This document shows, piece by piece, positions 39,465 to 52,514 of a DNA stretch of 64,000 nucleotides (positions within the stretch are counted from its first letter, which is position 1; each line of letters starts with the position of its first letter). Origin of the DNA: Trichosphaerium sp. ATCC 40318 (lineage: Eukaryota; Protista; Tubulinea); NCBI GenBank assembly GCA_038496445.1, contig JALMLS010000281.1, positions 115,610-179,609 on the forward strand. The letters are read 5' to 3'. The translations under genes were made by a program, and so were the position numbers. The notes under the pieces are model-generated. The model ran no database searches. It had not been told where the DNA came from and worked only from the letters and a program-made list of their open reading frames with translations.

Positions 39465-40210
39465 TCAGTCTGCGTGCGCTGCTGAAGAATTAGTAAACGA
39501 AAATGGACCAGAGTTCGTCATGGGATAATCACTATTGTCACTGGACTGGTTGTTTCCTTGCTGCTGCATCCCAGGCATCACGTTGCAATTAGAAAAGTCT
39601 GGAACGTTGAGCCACGCTTGAACAGCGATATTCATAAAATCGCGTAAATCATCACGCTCTTTACGCACAAGCGCTTGCATAATCTAAAAAATGGCGTTAG
39701 TGTCTTTAAAACAGTGACTGATGGCCTTTTTTTTCGTTTATGTAAAATCCGGCGAAATTCAGGCGCGGTTTAAAAAAGCGACAGTATTTTGCGCACCTTC
39801 TCAGCCTCTAGTTCTGCCTTGTTTAGTTCGTTTTGTTTTTCGAGTTCCTGTGCCTGTTTTTCGAGCTGAAGCATCTTCTGGCGTTGTTGACCTCGCCAGT
39901 TACTAAAGGAGTTAATATAAAACGAAAACACTTTTGAATTGTACTTTTTAGCAGCAGTCTTTTTGATAGAAGGCTGTTTCTTTCTTTTCTTGCGCGGTCG
40001 TGGTTTTTGAAATGTAACAGGTGCTGTGGGAGTGTTTTGTTTCTGTTCTTTCGTATTAATTGTATTAATTGAACCACTGTGCGTAAACGTAGGCGCTTGG
40101 AAGAATGTATTTACTGTTGGCGGGTTTACAGGCGGTTCTTGTTGAAATTCAATGGGAGGTAGAGTCAATTCTCCTTGCTTCATCCAATCAGGTGGTGAGT
40201 CCTTTTCCAT
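39465..40210 (-). CDS. bZIP-like transcription factor
   Basis: Basic region RPRKKRKK...KTAAK..WR..QRQK followed by heptads MLQLEKQAQELEKQNELNKAEL; splices to exon 39465-39683. Confidence 0.6.
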
Positions 40211-40710
40211 TCCTACAAGCCCAGTTTAACTACATACTGCTGTTTACAAGTCAAACTACGTCAAAAAGATGTTTCGCAGCTACACCATTCAGAGTTTTGC
40301 TATAACTGTGATCAGTGCTTGAGGTTGTGTAACACGCTTTTCTCACAAAATCTACGGCGTGGGATTTTGCACGTGCGCAAAAATAGTCGAAGGAGATTTT
40401 TGCAAGCACGATCGAGTTTGTAACTAGTGCGAACAGTAAAGCCATGCATCAAATCACAGGAGTTGCGAATAAGTCCATAAAAAGCCGTAAGCGTACCTTA
40501 GATAATATAAGTTTTATTGGTGTTCAAGGCGAAGCGGCATGGCCTTTACAGGCGAAAAGAGGCAACGCCGTCGTAGTCACTGGATGCGTGGCAAGAGTAG
40601 TTCGATGGGTACGATATAGTATTGACTTTCGACGGTTTGGCTTTGTACTGGTAGTTATCGATCTCTAACACCTTTTTTTATACAAAGAAAATATAAGAGA
40701 CGATCGTACT

Positions 40711-43700
40711 ATGAGTTACAGCGCCCCTGAAAAAAGTTCAAAACTCGTCAGTAAAAAACGCACAATGAGCTTGGCAGTACACGTGCCTAGGTACCTTTAT
40801 GGTTTTTTTAAGCACTTTTAATAAGAAGTTCTGTTATTTTTTGGTTTTTCGTTTTTATGACTTTATCACGCCATTAAATAACCCGAAGTGCCACGTGACA
40901 AAGCACGTTGCCTTTTTGTTTTGTTTATACACTAATATTAAAGACTGTGCGTTGTTTTGGCTTGTTTAACGACTTTACCAAAGAGGAGGAGATAGAGATG
41001 TACAGAAATCAAAATCTATGCCTCCAATGCTTACACATTTATCGCCAAATTCAATTACTGCATCTGATCACGTACGTACAATTTTCTTTTAATATAGTAA
41101 GCGGGTTAATTGGGTTTTTATAGGATTTACTTACTGTTGTGCGTGATGTGCTACAAGGACTTGGAATGGGTGTACTTGATATTAATAATTTAAGACAACA
41201 GATTCAGCGTACTGAGGTGCGCTCCTTTGACCTTTAACAAACTCTTTGGGCCTTTATACATATTAGTAACTCATATTTAAACGTAGGTAATGCATGATAT
41301 TGGCGCTATCGGCAAGTTGGACGACAAAATTAAAGTATTTGTAAGAATTCTTTTTTTGGTGACTTTTTTTTTCTTTTTTCTGACATTTCTCTAAAGTCAA
41401 AACTTGGTGCCTATTGTCAGAAAAAGGTGCAAGACTTAGATAGACAGAGAGCAGCGGTGAAGATACAAAAAGTTGCGAAGGGCTTTCTTGTCCGAAAGAG
41501 GATGAAGAGATACTGTACTCTACAATTGAAAAAAAAAAAAGTTATTGGTTTCTAATTTTTTGTAAGGTTATGCGTTTTACAAGGATAATTTTTCTGTAAA
41601 GGATCGTAACCAGTTTTTTATATCCATGTTACATAAAGAACAAGAATACGTTGATTATTTGGAAATAGCAGTGAACGTACGTGAATTTAATCCGTAAAAT
41701 CACAATAGTAATTTCGATCTTTTTTTCTTTCTTTCTCTAGCCGAAGATTTCTTATTTTCTCGTTTTAGCATTATCTAAAGCCACTACGAGATAATTTTCA
41801 TGCGTATGGGATAACATCTGAAGACGTTCATGCTATGTTTTGTAATATCGAAATTCTTTTCAGCGTTCATCAAGAGTATCTTCAAAAGTTTAAACAAATT
41901 CAAAAAAGGATTCCATTCTTAAGACATGTTGGTAGAGTATTTATTAAAATGGTGCCATGATCGCTCCATTTTCTTCACATTGCTGATGTAAATTATAGGC
42001 GCCATTAATGGCTGCGTATGGACCTTATGTAGAAAACTCTGCTCATGCTTTACGAACTATTGCTCGCTTGGTGTCGAAAGCGCCAAAGTTTGCTAGTTTT
42101 AAAAAAGAGATGGCTGCCAAAAGTGATTATTCTTTACAAGATATCCTTATGTTTCCACTGAACCACGTTGGTCACTATAAAGCTATATTAGGCGTACGAT
42201 ATCCATATATATTTAACCATCTAAAAGAGACTAAAACGTTCCAATAGCAAATGTTGAGATTGACTCCAAAAAAACGAGCTCATCAGTACAATACGCTTGA
42301 AAGAGCCTGGGAGACTATTGGTCAATTTTATCAGAAAGTACAAGCAAGCGTACAAAGTTCAAGAAATCATGCCGATGTTTTAGAGGCACAAAGAAAAATC
42401 ATTAACTATGATATTGTACAGGTACGGGTCAACGAAAAGTGCTGGTAACTTTTTTTTAATCAACAAAACTAAAGTGGTATTTTTCTAATAGGGTCAGCTT
42501 TCGACAATTAAGAGAAAGCTTGTTAAAGAGGGTCCTCTTTGGATATTAGATGCAAAGAATAAGAAACAAGAACGGTTTTGTTTCTTGTTTAATGATATGG
42601 CTCTATTTTGTAAAAAAGAAAAGTCTGATAAGATGAAAGTAAAAGAAACATTGATGATAAGTTTAAAGAATAAGCTTGCTCGCAATAATGAAGTTGATAT
42701 GGCTTTCACTGTTGTAACAAGCGATGTAGATATTTCAATAGTACGTCAGAAAAGCGATTCTTTGACTTGAGAACTATTGTTCATCACGTGATTTTTTTTG
42801 TTGTCACGTGATTTTTTGAAACGTTTTTTTTGTTGACTTTGTTGGTAATTTTTGAGTCAGAGGTTGGATTCACAAGATGCTTGCGAAGAGTGGAAGAATG
42901 AGTTTAGAAAATGTCATCGATTAATGCTTCAAGAAACTCGAATAGGTTACAAATGTTAAACCTTTTTTTTCTTTTTTTTTTTCAGTTAAAGTTGAATCAA
43001 TTTTGTTGACGTTTCTTACAAGTTTATGGCGCAAAATTGTCGACTTTGCTTGAATCAGATACAAAGCAACGTGAAGGAATTCCTTGGGTTCTTAGAACTC
43101 TTGTAAAACATGTTGAACTACCAGAAAGTACGTATTAATTGGCAGAGTGATTTTTCGTTTTTTTCAACAATAAGATCCTTACCGTCTATAGATATTGTAA
43201 AAGAAGGCTTATACCGTGTCCCTGCCTTTGAAGGATCTGTTTCACAATTGAAGAGACAAATAGACACGTGTAAGCTACCACTTGGGAGTGTCCATTATTA
43301 AACTAATTATTTTAGTTGACGAAGTAGATGAAGAGGAAGTTTTTCGGGATGTTGAAGCATGGGTTATTGCCGATGCTTTAAAACATTTCTTCAAAGATAT
43401 GCCCGAACCTCTACTTACATATGCACTATATAAACCCATAACAGAGCTGGAATGTACGCCATTAAAACTCCACCAGAAAAACAAAGACAAAAAAAAAGTG
43501 TTAACTGTTGTTTAGGCCAACCTCGTGAAATTCCTGTCCTCAAGGAATTTTTAAGAGCAATACCCCCAGAGAATCTATCTGTTTTAAGGTTCCTCATTAA
43601 GCATCTGAGTGTTCTTTCAAAGCATTCAGATAAGAATTTGATGTCTGCGAATAATTGTGCTATGATTTTTGGACCAAGTTTATTACATCCTCCAGTAGAA

Positions 43701-44343
43701 GATCTAAGCTTTACATTGACTTTGCCTACAATATTTTGGGCTGTAACAGCTATGATTACAAATTTTGATGTAGTTTTTGGCGACTCAAACCTACCCGATC
43801 TCGTACGCTTCAAGCACTTTAATTGGCTTAAACTAACTGTTTTTCGAAAAAGCGTGTTGAGTATGGTTCAGACGAAGAGCTCTCTCAGCCAACACCATCA
43901 CGTCCTGCACCTCGAAAACGAACTAATCAAGAAAGGGAAGTAAGAAAGAGTAGACGTAAAAGCGCTAACAGGAGCAAACGGGATGGTATAAGGCATGCAG
44001 GTGATGCTATATCTCCTAGACAATCCAGGAAATCAGGTCACAGGTAAGTTTTATCTTCGTTGTTCCGAGTTCTTACATCTGTTAGGAGAAAAGAGTCTAG
44101 AGATGGTGGTGGGAAGTCAAGAAGACGAAGGAGTATTAGTGGAAGAGCAAGAAAAAGCGTTGTTCCCAGAGTACGAAGTTTCTTGTCAATCGCTTCTGAC
44201 TGTCTGCGTTTTAGCAATCAACACAATTTCATAAACAAATCAAAGATGTAGAGCTCCTTGATATTGATGATAACCAACGTGCTGTTGTTTTTCGAGAGGA
44301 GCATCCTATAGATACCTTGAGCAGCCTTGGATCTTTACAGTAA
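40711..44343 (+). CDS. IQ + RhoGEF (DH) + PH + RhoGAP protein (BCR/ABR-like architecture); multi-exon
   Basis: IQ motif AAVKIQKVAKGFLVRK; DH (EQEYVDYLE, FCNIEIL, LQDILMFPLNHV); PH (RKLVKEG, FCFLFNDMAL); GAP (GIPWVL, EGLYRVP with arginine finger, LKHFFKDMPEPLL, NLMSANNCAMIFGPSL). Confidence 0.92.
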
Positions 44344-45333
44344 TGTTTTCAAAAAAGAAAAAAGTAAATAAAAATTATATGTCTTTTATTCTTGTTTATT
44401 TCCCAATCATTGCTTGCATAACGTTTCAGCTGCCTTTGTCACAAATCTCCTTGTGAAATGTCTGGAAGATAAATACTCAGTAGGATAGCAAGACTGTTTG
44501 TATTGACAATAACAACGTCATTATGAAACCGAGAAGGTAGGGTAATCGGAACTTGTTTTGGTTTTACACAGATGCCATTTTGAAATTGAACTAATAACGA
44601 TTTACTTCAAGTGCTACAAGTTTTGACAGTTCGCCAGAAACAACAGGTTGGTTTCATACAATGTAACACAGACCAAAGTATTGTTAACAAAGTAGCTTTT
44701 CTCTAAATTCACAAAACAGCAACCCATGCTTTGTCAATTAATAAGACTCAAACCGTAGAATGCTGAGTAGAAGCTGCAAAAATGAATGCATACTGTTGCG
44801 AGTGAACTCTTAACTCACTTCTTCCAGTTGTTTAAGAACGCAAGAACTAGAACAATTAATCAACATTTCAGGTATACTAGAGTCTGTATTGATTGATCTT
44901 GTTTACAAAACTGCCTTTGATCAAGCAAAAGGCAAAGAGAATAAATTAAAGCGTAACCTAAGTTAATTTCGGAAAAAGGCAATATTGTAGCACGGACTAA
45001 AGAACCGTAAATAGCTACTTGAAAAAGCTCTGCTTTCTTTTAATATTCAGTTTGATGAGTTGTTCAGTGTATTACCGGTTTAGGAGTGTTACACTATGGT
45101 CTCAGTTAGAGCCTTTACAGTTCAACGAGGTTTCAAGTGCTGTATGGTAAGGGTCTTCGTACACTGGGTAAATCAGTCACGTGTTCGAAAGCTACCCATT
45201 TACAATGTCTTTATAACGTCTCATAGAGTGAAATAATTGAGGACAGGCACTTGAAATAGCCACCGCTATTTCAATGAATCTGTTGTTTTCAAAAAAAACC
45301 CTTGGGTAGACATAAACAAACAACCGTACCACC

Positions 45334-46274
45334 ATGGGCAACGAGTGCGCTCCCAAATCAACTTATAAACAGAATACCTATCTCAATGATACAATCAAGC
45401 GTGAAGAGCACATATACAAGCCTGGGTACTCAATCATTGCAGTAAGTACAATTTAGAGCAGGCAATGAAATTAACAGGAACAGATGACTCCTTCAGGAAA
45501 AAGGTCCTGGGTGACGGTTGAAGCTTCTAACACTGTTGAAGAGCTTAAGAATAAGATCCGTTTCCAAGAGGGAATCTCTTTTGATGAACACAATCTCATC
45601 TATTGCGGTGCTTTTTTTTCGTAGAAAAGCATCACTTACAAACGTGTAGGTAAGTTTTTACAGGATGATCAAACGATGCGAGAATTAGGTCTATCAGGTA
45701 AAAAAATCCATCATAGTTTACTGTGGAAAACTTAACTGTTGTAGAATCGGTTTATTGCCTTCGAGACCAACAAATAGCAGCAGGTGCTATCATTAGTTTC
45801 CGAAATGACTATCTATATTCTGGACCCGAAATTTCAATTATACGGCGCCTTCGTGGCGGTATGTACCATAAAACTAGTGGCCGTAGAGATATGAAAGACG
45901 TGGGAACTCCATACATAGAAGAGAAACCCAAAGAAGAGACTGTACGAAATCATCCCAAAAGGGTTTTCTTTGTTGTTTTTTGGCTTGTAACTCTTCATTA
46001 GTTCATCTATTATGTAAAGAAACAAACAGGATCGGTATTAAAAATACCATTGTCAACACCGTCAGTATCTGCAAAGAGACTTCGAAGTACGTGGACACGA
46101 ACACGTTTGCTAGTTCAAAAGTTGATGGAAGATAATTAAGATACTAAAGCTTCTTTCCTAGAATTGGTGAAAAAAAAGCTACAAATAGAATCAATGTCAG
46201 TTTACGAACTTAAAAAGCTCGTGTTTGATACATACAAACAAAAAGATTTAGAAGAAAGTGTAGAGTCTTCATAA
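45334..46274 (+). CDS. Ubiquitin-like domain protein with an internal LRGG followed by a MYHKTSGRRD tail; possible N-myristoylation (MGN)
   Basis: VTVEASNTVEELKNKIRFQEGISFDEHNLIYCG|KFLQDDQTM; IIRRLRGGMYHKTSGRRD; last exon ends VESS* at 46274. Confidence 0.75.
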
Positions 46275-46647
46275 ACAAAGTTGAGATCACTTGCTCAAAT
46301 AAATAGTTTTACTCACTATCTCTGTTAGTGTTTGTTCCTCTAGTATTTTGCTTGACCACTTATTAGACCTACAAATCTTGCTACCTTAATTTACAGTATA
46401 TGATACAACAAGTAACTTCTATTCGCTCAGGTATAATAAAGATATCTATGCTCCTAGAATTTTCAGTTTCACATTTCATCTTTTCTGAAAAGCAAAGCTA
46501 GTGTACTGCTCTTGGCATCATAGTATTATGTTGTGCTCAAACAAAGGAGTCCAGGATGTCATTCGATAATTGACTTTCCTTAGGAAGTTTATTAAAGGGT
46601 TGTTTATTAACAGTGTTTACAAGCCATGAGTAAATGTTGCTTTTACA

Positions 46648-47274
46648 ATGAGAGTCCTTTCTTTACTATTAAACATCCCAATTGAAGTACATTATCATAT
46701 CATCGATTTGGACTTTGAAGTGTATCAAAAGTGGCCATTATTATCAAAATACAGTGCTACAACAACACGATTCAATTACGAGCTTCAAAAACATGGCACG
46801 TGGCTGAAAAGATGTGACACTTTTGGTGACACAAACAATATCAGTCAAGTTTTCGTTAATGGTAACAAAGAAGGAGAGCTAAGGTGTTGGTATAATAACA
46901 AAAGCCAGTTGTATGAACAAGGTAACTACTCAAACAATATACTGCAAGGTGAATACAAGTGGTGGCACAGTAATGGTCAATTAAAGCGTCAAACTAGTTA
47001 TACTGATGGTAAGCGAGAAGGAGAGTTTAAGCAATGGCATTTTAATGGTCAAATATATCTCCAATGTCATTTTGTTAAAGGTAAGCTTGAAGGAGTGTAT
47101 AAAGAATGGTATGATAATGGTCAATCATACCTGCGTTTCCATTATGTTAATGGTTTGAAAGAAGGAGAATATACTAAGTGGGATCAAAATGGTCAAATTG
47201 TGAAAGTTGTATCTCTCGCAGCGTTAGCAAATATAACAAACCCATATTTTGTTTTAGTTGAATTCATGTTCTAG
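46648..47274 (+). CDS. F-box-like + MORN2 (YwqK-type) repeat protein, intronless, copy 1
   Basis: LLNIPIEVHYHII N-terminus; five repeats of about 24 aa of the form G.Y..W..NGQL.....Y..GK.EG. Confidence 0.85.
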   Translation: MRVLSLLLNIPIEVHYHIIDLDFEVYQKWPLLSKYSATTTRFNYELQKHGTWLKRCDTFGDTNNISQVFVNGNKEGELRCWYNNKSQLYEQGNYSNNILQGEYKWWHSNGQLKRQTSYTDGKREGEFKQWHFNGQIYLQCHFVKGKLEGVYKEWYDNGQSYLRFHYVNGLKEGEYTKWDQNGQIVKVVSLAALANITNPYFVLVEFMF

Positions 47275-47662
47275 CCTGTTTGTTACGTATTAGTCAAAGG
47301 TGACATATGGTCTCTCCTGATGGAGCCTCCCGTTTCATTTCATCTCTGAACAAAATGTCTTCTCACTTCTTTCATCAGGATACTATTGTCAGTTTTAATG
47401 GTTCTTGCAAGAACTTACAGCCTTTGATAACAAATTGTGGAACCAGTACAATCTGAAAGCATCACATTCTATAACTCATGACAACGTACCGTGCTTGCCG
47501 TCCTTATGTACGTTTAAGCACTCTGTCATCATCTGACACGACAATCACAGTATTTACTTAGGTGCGCTCTCACTACTACTCACCCCAAGGAGCCATACAA
47601 ACGGCTATGAATTAATAATTATTTACACGGTAACTTACTAGTAGTATTTAATAGATTTTGTC

Positions 47663-47741
47663 GATCTGACTAAACACGAAAACCAAAGTCACAAACAGCA
47701 AAAAGTTGCAAACTTTTGCAAACTTGAATGATACGGACAAT
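47663..47741 (+). repeat. Dispersed copy of the right arm of the 4141-4345 foldback element
   Basis: gatctgactaaacacgaaaaccaaagtcacaaacagcaaaaagttgcaaa...gcaaacttgaatgata matches 4265-4345. Confidence 0.85.
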
Positions 47742-48178
47742 ATAGATGACGTTGTTTTACAGGTAATCTCAGTCACGTCCAGTTTCAATGTTACAGACTA
47801 TTCAATACATTGCACGTGCAGAATTTGTAATGTGAAGGCCAAATTCAAAGGTACCCACTCAATACAAAGTCAGCAATGTGCTCTTTAGTAATAAACGTGA
47901 GTTCTGAACTTTGAAGGGTAATTTGTACATTTAGAAAGTGTTGTGGATGGTACACTACAATTTTAAAGAACAAAGACTTTGGTGCATTCAGATAAACAGA
48001 AAAGTAATGTATTGAATCTTAGTCACGAGACAAACACATCACATCTATAGAGTTCATATGTAGTATTAACAACTCGATCTACAAAAGTATTACAGCAGGT
48101 GACAGTCTTCAGTTCAGTTAATCTTGTTAGTGATTATTGCTAAGTAGCTTTCAACTCTAGCAGCTTAGCTCTCGTAAA

Positions 48179-50064
48179 ATGGCATGTTGCGCAACATCAG
48201 GAGCTAAAGGGGTCGCAAGCTTTACTTCAAACATTGACAGAGGCTATTTACCTCCTGCAAGTAGCATAGCGTACGAAGGGCTGTATTATAATCACTATTT
48301 CAATGTTGGCGCTCAAGAAAAGGAAAAACCGTTTTCTCCTCGTTTTTTCACCGCTGTAACCAAGGATCCTATCAACGGTGCGTATTTAAACATATTGAAG
48401 GTACTTTGTAACATTGCTCAACAGGTGAAACAGAAAAGTTTGTTTGTGTTGGACTGACTGGAAACTTGGATGGCCCTGGTCTCTACGAGAACAAAGGACG
48501 GTGGCCTCTTGATGTTGTGGTAGTTATGGATATTAGTGGGTCCATGGGCAGTGTATTTGGACAATGCAAGACAATAGTACGTCATACTTTTCGCCCAAGG
48601 CATAACATTGACCTTCAAGTTTGTTTATCTCTTTTAACGTTCCACTCATATTCTCCGTTTAGATGCAAGTAGCGAATGAAAGCGTTATTTCAATGTTGGA
48701 TAATCTACGCGATGATGACTCTTTTGGAATGGTTTTGTTCGATACAAATGCGTCTACTTTACAAGAATTAAAAAGATGGAGCGATATTGATAAACAAAAT
48801 CTATCCAAAAAGATATTGGATGTTAATGCGCAAGGAGGCACAACACTATCCAAAGGTAAGATTACATGTTAAGAACAATGTTTGTTCTAGGCTATGAGCT
48901 TAGATAGTTAATAGGGTTCGAGGCGGGTTATAAGATGCTTCAAGGATCAAAACAAGAGAAACGTAGAGAAAGAAGATTGTTTTTCTTCACAGATATGTTG
49001 ATATCAAAGGTCTGATCTTAGCGTTTCTAGCTTCCAATTTTTGGTTCTAAAGATCTTTAGCGTGAGTTTGATGCGGGGTTAAAATCTCAATTCCAAAAAG
49101 CAGCAGCAGAAGGGATTTACTCATCTTTTGTTGGCATGGGAACAGATTTTGATACTGATGCTGTTGAATGTATCTCATCCGTAAAAGGGTGTAACTACTT
49201 CTCCGTCAACACGCCAAAGGAATTCTCTATGCTAATGAAACAAGAGTTCGATTACATCACTACAATTGATGTCTTTGATGCACAAATTAAATTGAGCAGC
49301 AATGATGTTACTGCTGAATATGTTTACGGTTCTCCAGGTAATCACGATTTCTCATTATTTTCTTGAAAACTTATTCACATGATAGGCAATGAAGTTCCAA
49401 AAGATGGTGTACTCTGCAAAATCGTGAGTTCAAGTCCTAGTTTGCTTGATCACGGTAGAACCAAAGGAGGTGTTATTGTTGTTAAGGTTTCAACAAAAGC
49501 GAAAGAAGCTAATAGCTTTTCAGTTGAGTACGTTTCATTCTTACTTGCTTTACGGATGTTACGTTATATTATTTGACCTCTAACCATTTTAAAGTACCTC
49601 GTATACTAGCAGAGAAGGTGAGAAGTATCAGTTTTCAAATCAAGTTGAATTTCCTAAATCTGCAGTAAGTTGGTTTTCTTTTATCAAATCGTCTTCATTT
49701 CCCTGATCATTTATTGCTATGCTAGGATACTGATTATTTTGAAAATGCGTGTATACGTAAGGCAGTATTATTAACACGCTATGCGCGATTTCTAAAGAGC
49801 TATTTAAGTGCTGGAGGTCCGTTTGTTGTTGCTAACTTACATAAACTAGCTTAACTTTTCTTTCAGATAAAAAAGGGTGGAACCAAAAGTTTGATGTTTT
49901 TAAACAGTATCTTGAAACTGAGGTACGACAACCCATAGTTTCAAATAACAAACAAATACTCAAATTTCGAATTATAGATTGATGCACTGGAAGAAGATGA
50001 AGAGGCTCTGACAAAGGAGTTAGAAAACTTTGATAAAATTCATAAGATTGCAATGAAACAATAA
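48179..50064 (+). CDS. von Willebrand factor A domain protein; multi-exon
   Basis: N-terminal GAKGVASF..NI..GYLP....AYEGLY..HYF; MIDAS motif VVVMDISGSM; GGTTL; FFFTD; FVGMGTDFD; RKAVLLTRY. Confidence 0.88.
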
Positions 50065-50348
50065 GAGTAATACTAATTGTCTTGTAATACTTCGTCACTT
50101 CTACGTGAATAAAGACACCTCTACACACTTGATATCCCATTGGCTTTAATCGATGTGTAACCTAATAGCATAATTTTCCCAAAAGATTGGGTAAACACTT
50201 TTTTTTATGGCTCCACTTGACCAATGTTGAAGCTTTCGCATTTAATATTTACAACATCCAACACATGACAGCCAACCACAAGGTATTGTTGTTTTTTTTA
50301 AAAACCACGTCGACTCATTAACGAAAATATTTTCTACAACAGAACATA

Positions 50349-50945
50349 ATGGCAAAGAAAGCCATGTTGTTATTACATATCCCAGTTGAACTACATTATC
50401 ATATCATCGATTTGGACTTTGAAGTGTATCAAAAGTGGCCATTATTATCAAAATACAGTGCTACAACAACAAGATTCAATTACGAGCTTCAAAAACATGG
50501 CACGTGGCAGAAAAGATGTGGCAGTTTCGGTGTCTCTCCACAAAACATGAACACTATCAGTCAAGTTTTCGTTAATGGTAACAAAGAAGGAGAGCTAAGG
50601 TGTTGGCATAATAACAAAAGCCAGTTGTATGAACAAGGTAACTACTCAAACAATATACTGCAAGGTGAATACAAGTGGTGGCACAGTAATGGTCAATTAA
50701 AGCGGCAAACTAGCTATACTGATGGTAAGCGAGAAGGAGTGTTTGAGCAGTGGCATTTTAATGGTCAACTATATCTCCAATGTCATTTTGTTAAAGGTAT
50801 GCTTGAAGGAGTGTATCAACAATGGCATAATAATGGCCAATTAAAAATGCGTTTCCATTGTGTTAATGGTTTGAAAGAAGGAGAATATATTCAGTGGGAT
50901 CAGAACGGTCAAATTGTGAAAGTTGCGTATATCTCACGGCATTAG
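50349..50945 (+). CDS. F-box-like + MORN2 repeat protein, intronless, copy 2
   Basis: Close paralogue of 46648-47274 with long identical stretches; about 160 bp of 3' flank is also shared. Confidence 0.85.
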   Translation: MAKKAMLLLHIPVELHYHIIDLDFEVYQKWPLLSKYSATTTRFNYELQKHGTWQKRCGSFGVSPQNMNTISQVFVNGNKEGELRCWHNNKSQLYEQGNYSNNILQGEYKWWHSNGQLKRQTSYTDGKREGVFEQWHFNGQLYLQCHFVKGMLEGVYQQWHNNGQLKMRFHCVNGLKEGEYIQWDQNGQIVKVAYISRH

Positions 50946-51490
50946 CATCAATAAATATAACCAACCCATATTTTGTTTTTTTTGAAATCATGTTCTAGCC
51001 CGTCTGTTATGTATTAGTAGAAGGTGACATATGGTATCTCCGTATGGAACCTCCCGCCTCTTATCATCTCGGAACAATACCTTTTCTCACTTCTTTCATC
51101 GTCATACTGTGACGATTACAACCACTTGTAACCCTCCGGCCCGCTCTCCCTTGTAAACATATTTCCTATTACCTATATAAATAATCCTTGTTACAGCTTG
51201 GTAAACTAGCTGCTGACATAACTACTTTCACATGCAACTCTCGTAGATGACCGATCCACTGTCATGAATCAGTCTACATCCAAACAACTTGCTAATATGG
51301 CTTTGCTCTTGGTTATTTTGTCCCTACATTCAAACCTTGTGCAATCCTTACTAAAGCGTACTCAAAATAAAACGCAATATAAAAGACGTAAAAGAAAAAA
51401 GAAACCCACTTAACAAGCTACGTTGCTTGTTCAGAGAAATGACAAGTTCAAATAAAATTTGTGATCACGTTTACCTTCATAAACTTGTTG

Positions 51491-52136
<646 letters not shown>

Positions 52137-52514
52137 AGAAATGTAAATTAAATATGTACAAACAAGATATCCGTCAGTATTCTAATGCCAAATTACTCTG
52201 GTGTTAAGTAAATGCTGGGGTGTTAGCGTTCCACATGTGCTTTAAGGTGCTATAACTTACCAATACAGTCTGTCGCTAGTTAGAAACGCATCATTAGCAT
52301 TACGTACTTGGTCATAGCGGATGCATGGCAATTGCATAATACACGGTTACATTGGTTAGTAGGTGGATAACAAGTATCCAGTTTTTGTTTCATTGGTGCC
52401 ATCGATCAAAAACACTGCTTTATCTATAGACACAAATTCAAAATGCCTGGTGTGATTATATCGGTCGCAAAAATTCTGAGAGTTTTCTTAATACTACTTT
52501 AGTTCATTGTGGTT

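Noticed and set aside
51000-51360. Convergent degenerate MORN-like remnant on the minus strand, partly shared with 47280-47400
   Set aside because: Only scattered words (HDSGSVIYE, FRDDKRRE) across frames; not supportable.
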